From the NCBI GenBank assembly GCA_036630325.1, contig CP142728.1, forward strand, positions 806,001 through 870,000: a stretch of DNA of 64,000 nt, read 5' to 3'. The DNA is from Vairimorpha necatrix (lineage: Eukaryota). Shown piece after piece: positions 59,601-64,000 of the stretch (the first letter of the stretch is position 1; every line of letters starts with the position of its first letter). Under the pieces are notes generated by a model. The model was not told the DNA's origin, searched no databases, and was given only the letters and a program-made list of their open reading frames with translations. A program made the position numbers and the translations under genes.

Positions 59601-60264
59601 TGGATATTGTGATACGAATAATTGTAATTTAGTATCTGTTTATTGATTCATTGGTGTATTCCTTTTTGATTTTGTATTACTATCACAGGAAAAATGTTTT
59701 TACCAAAAGCTTATATCGTTTACGGGATCTAATTGCCTTGTTTGCTTTTTCTGGTGTTTTATTGTATATTTTTTTAATCAACTCTGGAATTTTAAAATTT
59801 GATAGCCACTTACAAAGCAATGTAAGAATGTAAGTTACATATCAAACCCCTTTGCTAAATACCCAGATCAAAATCAAGTACTTCACGCTATATTTCCGTA
59901 TTTCTCCCGATATTATCGTAGTCTCACAAATATGCAAACGTTTATATATTCTATTTCATTTTATTAGTTTTATAAAAGATCTTTGCAATCTTTTTTATAT
60001 AAATAAAGGTCGCCTGAATTTATGATTAAATATCGGTAAAAAGAGTACTATGTATTTTTTATTCTGAGCCCAATAACTTATATTTTTGTCTCTAATGAAT
60101 AAAACGAAGATAAATCAAATTTAAACAAAACAAACATAAAAAAGATCCATCAGTACATTGATTAATAATAGATAAAAGGGTTTTATCGAAAAAATGAACC
60201 GCATGTTTTTTTTTTAATTTGGTTTTATGGAAATTAATTGCAATTTTTAGTTCTAAATAGTAAT

Positions 60265-62080
60265 TGTCACCGTTCGGATTGGACGCCCGTTCGGACTGGA
60301 CGCCGGGGAAAATGCTTACTTGAGAAGGGTAAAAATTTAAAAAAAATATCCGTTCGGACTGGACGCCGGGAAAAATGCTTACTTAAGAAGGGTAAAAAAT
60401 TAAAAAAAATTGGTGTTTATTTTTTATTTGTTTTTAAAATTATTTTAAAAATAAGGGCATGAAAACAAAATTGAATAACAATGAAAGACAAGAAGTTTTT
60501 GTCTTTTTACAGACTGGTGTTGTTCCAACAAGGTTGGTAACAAAACAAGAAAGAGATGCTTTCAAAAAAAAAGCACAAAAATTTATCCTTTTTGAGGATG
60601 TAATTGACGGCATCACAGAGCTCACGGTGAGATTTAAAGTAGGTCTATATAGATCATTAAGATTCTTTACCACCAACGAGCAACGATTCAAAATCGATTA
60701 TATAAAATTGATCCACGTCTCAAATAAGCATGCGGGACTGGACAGATTGTTTCCATTATTGCAAACAAAAGTCTACGACGCTTCACAAAAAGATATCCAG
60801 AGGGTCTTGAATAGCTGTGATATATGTCAATCAAAGAGAAATCTAGTAACTAGACCAGTTATTAGACCAATTGTAGCAAAGTATCCAAGGGAAAGATATG
60901 TTGCAGACTTGATTGATCTCCGGCTATATCACGAACTCAAAAGGATATAAATGGTTATTGAATATTGTGATTCAATTACCAAATTTTGTTGGACGGTACC
61001 ACTGTTTGACAAAACAGGTATTAGTGTGGGGAATGCCTTTGAAACATTGTTTAGAACATTTGGTTCTTGTTATATACTTCATACTGATAACGGCAGAGAA
61101 TTTGTAAATCAAACACTCGTCGATTTATGTCAGAATTATGAAATAAGACACGTAAGGGGGAGAGCTAGATGTCCATGGATACAAGGACAGATAGAACGAT
61201 GCAATCAAACAATAAAGTGGATGATTGCATCTACTCTTAGGACAAAAAATATTTTGGGGCAATGGACCAAGGTAAGAGAAGAAGTTACCTGGTCATATAA
61301 TAATTTAAGACACTCTACTACGAGACAAACACCATTCTCTTTAATGTTTGGTAGACCCATTAGGGACATAATGGACGAGTCTAGAATCACGGGCATTCTA
61401 GATTCGATCAATAGCGAAAATCATGAACAAGAGTTAGAGGAAGAAGAAATAGCTGAGGAAAGTTTATCAGATGTTCTAGATGGCAATACAAATGAAGAAA
61501 TACAGCAACTCTATGCTCTTAATAACACAAACCTTTTTTTAAATGAAATTTATCATGATGCAGCTAGAATTCATACACAAACTGCTGCAGATAGAATGGT
61601 ACAAAGAAGTATGTGGAGAAATGATTTCTTAGAATTCAAAATAGGAGATAGAGTCCTTATAAGACCTTACTTGGACAACAACGTAAATACCCGAAGACAT
61701 TCTCTTTATGAACATTTAGATGCTGAAGTCTATATTGTAACAGACATAATTCAATTTAATAAAGTAAAATTATGCAAAGAAGATGATAATGGCATTATAA
61801 TAGAAGAAATAAGTACTAGAGATCTAAGGTTGCTTGGTAATGAATAAAGTACTAAAAATTTTGTTTTTTTTATTTTTCTCCTTTTTTCATTATTCCCTTC
61901 CATTATTATAAAAAAAAAACAAAAATTCCCCCCTCAAAAAATCAGAAGAAATTTGAGCTGTCTTAAAGACGAACATTTATTTGTTCTTATTTTCTGGTTC
62001 GCCCCTGACTGAAGAGATTTTTTTTTAATTTTTTACCCCCGGCGTCCAGTCCGAACGGGCGTCCGGTCTGAACGGTGACA
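60265..62080 (+). mobile_element. Ginger2/Tdd-like DNA transposon with integrase-type transposase
   Basis: About 44-bp TIR TGTCACCGTTC...GCCGGGG; 5-bp TSD GTAAT (60260-60264, 62081-62085); no gag, RT or LTR. Confidence 0.88.
60459..61847 (+). pseudogene. HHCC + rve DDE integrase-like transposase, frameshifted at about 60935-60972
   Basis: IHVSNKHAG..CDIC, RERYVADLID, GYKWLLNI, LHTDNGREF, PWIQGQIERCN and TPFSLMFGR spread over three frames. Confidence 0.88.
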
Positions 62081-63369
62081 GTAATTTTTATTGAAAACAT
62101 TTGGAACTTTCATCTTAGATAGTATTTTTGTTTTTTTCATTTGCCATTCCTAACAAATTCCTATCTTTCCATTTGTGGCAAAAAAGGATTATCTATGTAA
62201 GAAAATATCGCTTTGTTTTTGACAATTCTATTATATAATTTTTGATAATTTAAATATAATTTGAGATTTGTTTTTTTAAAATATTAGATGTCCTACCTCC
62301 CGTCTAATGTATCTAGCTCATAAAGGGATTTCCGCTTTCATGATTTGGCAGTTACATAGAAGTTATTCAAATGTATATTATGATATTGTCATTCATTCAT
62401 TTTAATTTTTATGTTCTCATAAGATATAGATCTGCAACAAAAACAAAATTTTATTAGCTGCAAACTTTTCATATTAAATTAGAGATGAATTTCAGTCTAT
62501 AAGTAACATTTATTTATAAAACTTTACGCTAAAAGAGAAATACTTACTCTTTAGTATATAGTTTTTGTATAAGAATTGAATATAATCAAAACAGTACTAT
62601 AAAAATGACGAAAAAGCATACTCGGGGTTTTTTATATAAAATAATATCTAATATCTCTTCTATTTTGTGAATTCTAAATAATTATCAGTAATATGGTTTG
62701 TGTACATGAGAATCTGTTTATATTTTGTATATATATTATAGAGGCATCTAAACATCTCTTCTCTAGTAACGATGGCTTTGTAAATTAGCTAAATAGAATT
62801 ATTATTTTCAACTACTATTCTTATTTCAGGAAAACAATATTTTATTTAACTATTATATATATATTTAAAAATTCCTAAAAGCCCGAAAGCTGCACGAATA
62901 AACAAACTTGTTTCTACTATATCCAAGGATAATGCTATAAAAGATATGGATGTTTTCATCACCATTAGTATCCTTAGTTGCCTGAAATTTGTTCAATTAT
63001 TGCTTAATTTCATATTTCTAAAGATATTAGTTAGGTCGAGATCGATTTCTATGTCAGACGTTACGGACTACTAGTTTGTGGAAAAATGAATCAAGAGTTG
63101 TTATAGAGTCAAGTATCATGAATTTATAGAAAAGTTGTTTTTGCGCATATTATTTTGTTATTCTCTATAATGATGTATTTATCCAGAAATTATATGAGAA
63201 AACCTTTGAAATATAGTAATTTTTTATAGAAAAAAGAAAAAAAACTGATGCTTGCAATAGTTCACAAGAACTTTTTACGAATATAAGCTATAAGTTAAAT
63301 CTAAAACTTTTGTTACGAATTACAAGTACGAAGTTCTTTTTCATGCTTAAATAGATTACAAATTATACC

Positions 63370-64000
63370 TGTCACACGACATCTTTCCTGTACTTATTAC
63401 AAGCTCAGTGAGACTCTAATATTTGAATCCCTCGGCTGTCATATCTCAATTACGGCCGAGTCATGGACGTAAACAAATACGTCTCCGCCAACAAACAAAT
63501 GACGAATAAGAAAATGTCTATTCTAGTGAATATGGCCAGAATATGGAAAGCTGTACAAGAGACCAGCTTTCCCTCCAATAAATGATATGCTTGACGTTTA
63601 TTAAAAATAAAACATAAAAGGATGAATTTCTAGCCCTTCACCGAGTCATGAGAGATTATAAAACCAATAAGTAGTACTAAAAACTCATATATAGACACAC
63701 CGAGCAGCCAGGGAGGCAGCCAGTGTCACAATGGCGACAATGCGAATGCCAAAGATAATTTAGAGAATATTATCAAAAAACTAGCAGGAATGCTTACAAC
63801 TGAAAAATACTGCAAATTTAAGGGAACTAGAGAATAAAACCCAAGAGATTTTATCCAGCAATTTACAGAGTTAGAAGGCGAGAAAACACCGGAACAAACC
63901 TATAAAATTATAAAAAAAAACTAGAATTTAAAGCCCTCGCGTGGTTCGAGGCAAAGGAAGGTCACGAAATACACGAGTATGAAAGCTTCATAAAAGAGTT
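63370..64000 (+). mobile_element. 5' end of a Ty3/gypsy element: LTR 63370-63730, PBS, decayed gag (runs off the window)
   Basis: TG...CA LTR homologous to the solo LTR at 12012; PBS TGGCGACAATG; FIQQFTELE..KALAWFEAKEG resembles gag at 46.5 and 49.4 kb. Confidence 0.88.

Overview
AT-rich microsporidian DNA; the SSU rRNA reads as Vairimorpha/Nosema type, V. necatrix-like from memory. The window is almost entirely transposons. It holds one recognisable host gene (an EnP1-like spore-wall protein, 17341-18777) and one compact rDNA unit (SSU-ITS-fused 5.8S/LSU, about 27476-31245). The main finding lies just downstream of the LSU: a ~23-kb head-to-tail array (31301-54410) of an APE-type two-ORF LINE and non-autonomous short derivatives that share its 3' tail. 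The array carries HDV-like self-cleaving ribozyme folds at element 5' ends (intact at 38377-38445, decayed at 31301-31368). Copies end in poly(T) rather than poly(A), and junctions repeat the ribozyme's own 3' end, suggesting a ribozyme-processed, self-targeting, rDNA-associated retroelement system. Two Merlin DNA transposons and two Ty3/gypsy elements are nested in the array with clean TSDs. Elsewhere are a gag-only LTR element with TA...CA ends, a gypsy element with 79-bp LTRs carrying a 55-bp-LTR TRIM, solo LTRs, a Ginger-type transposon and many decayed remnants. All calls were made by eye; no searches were run.
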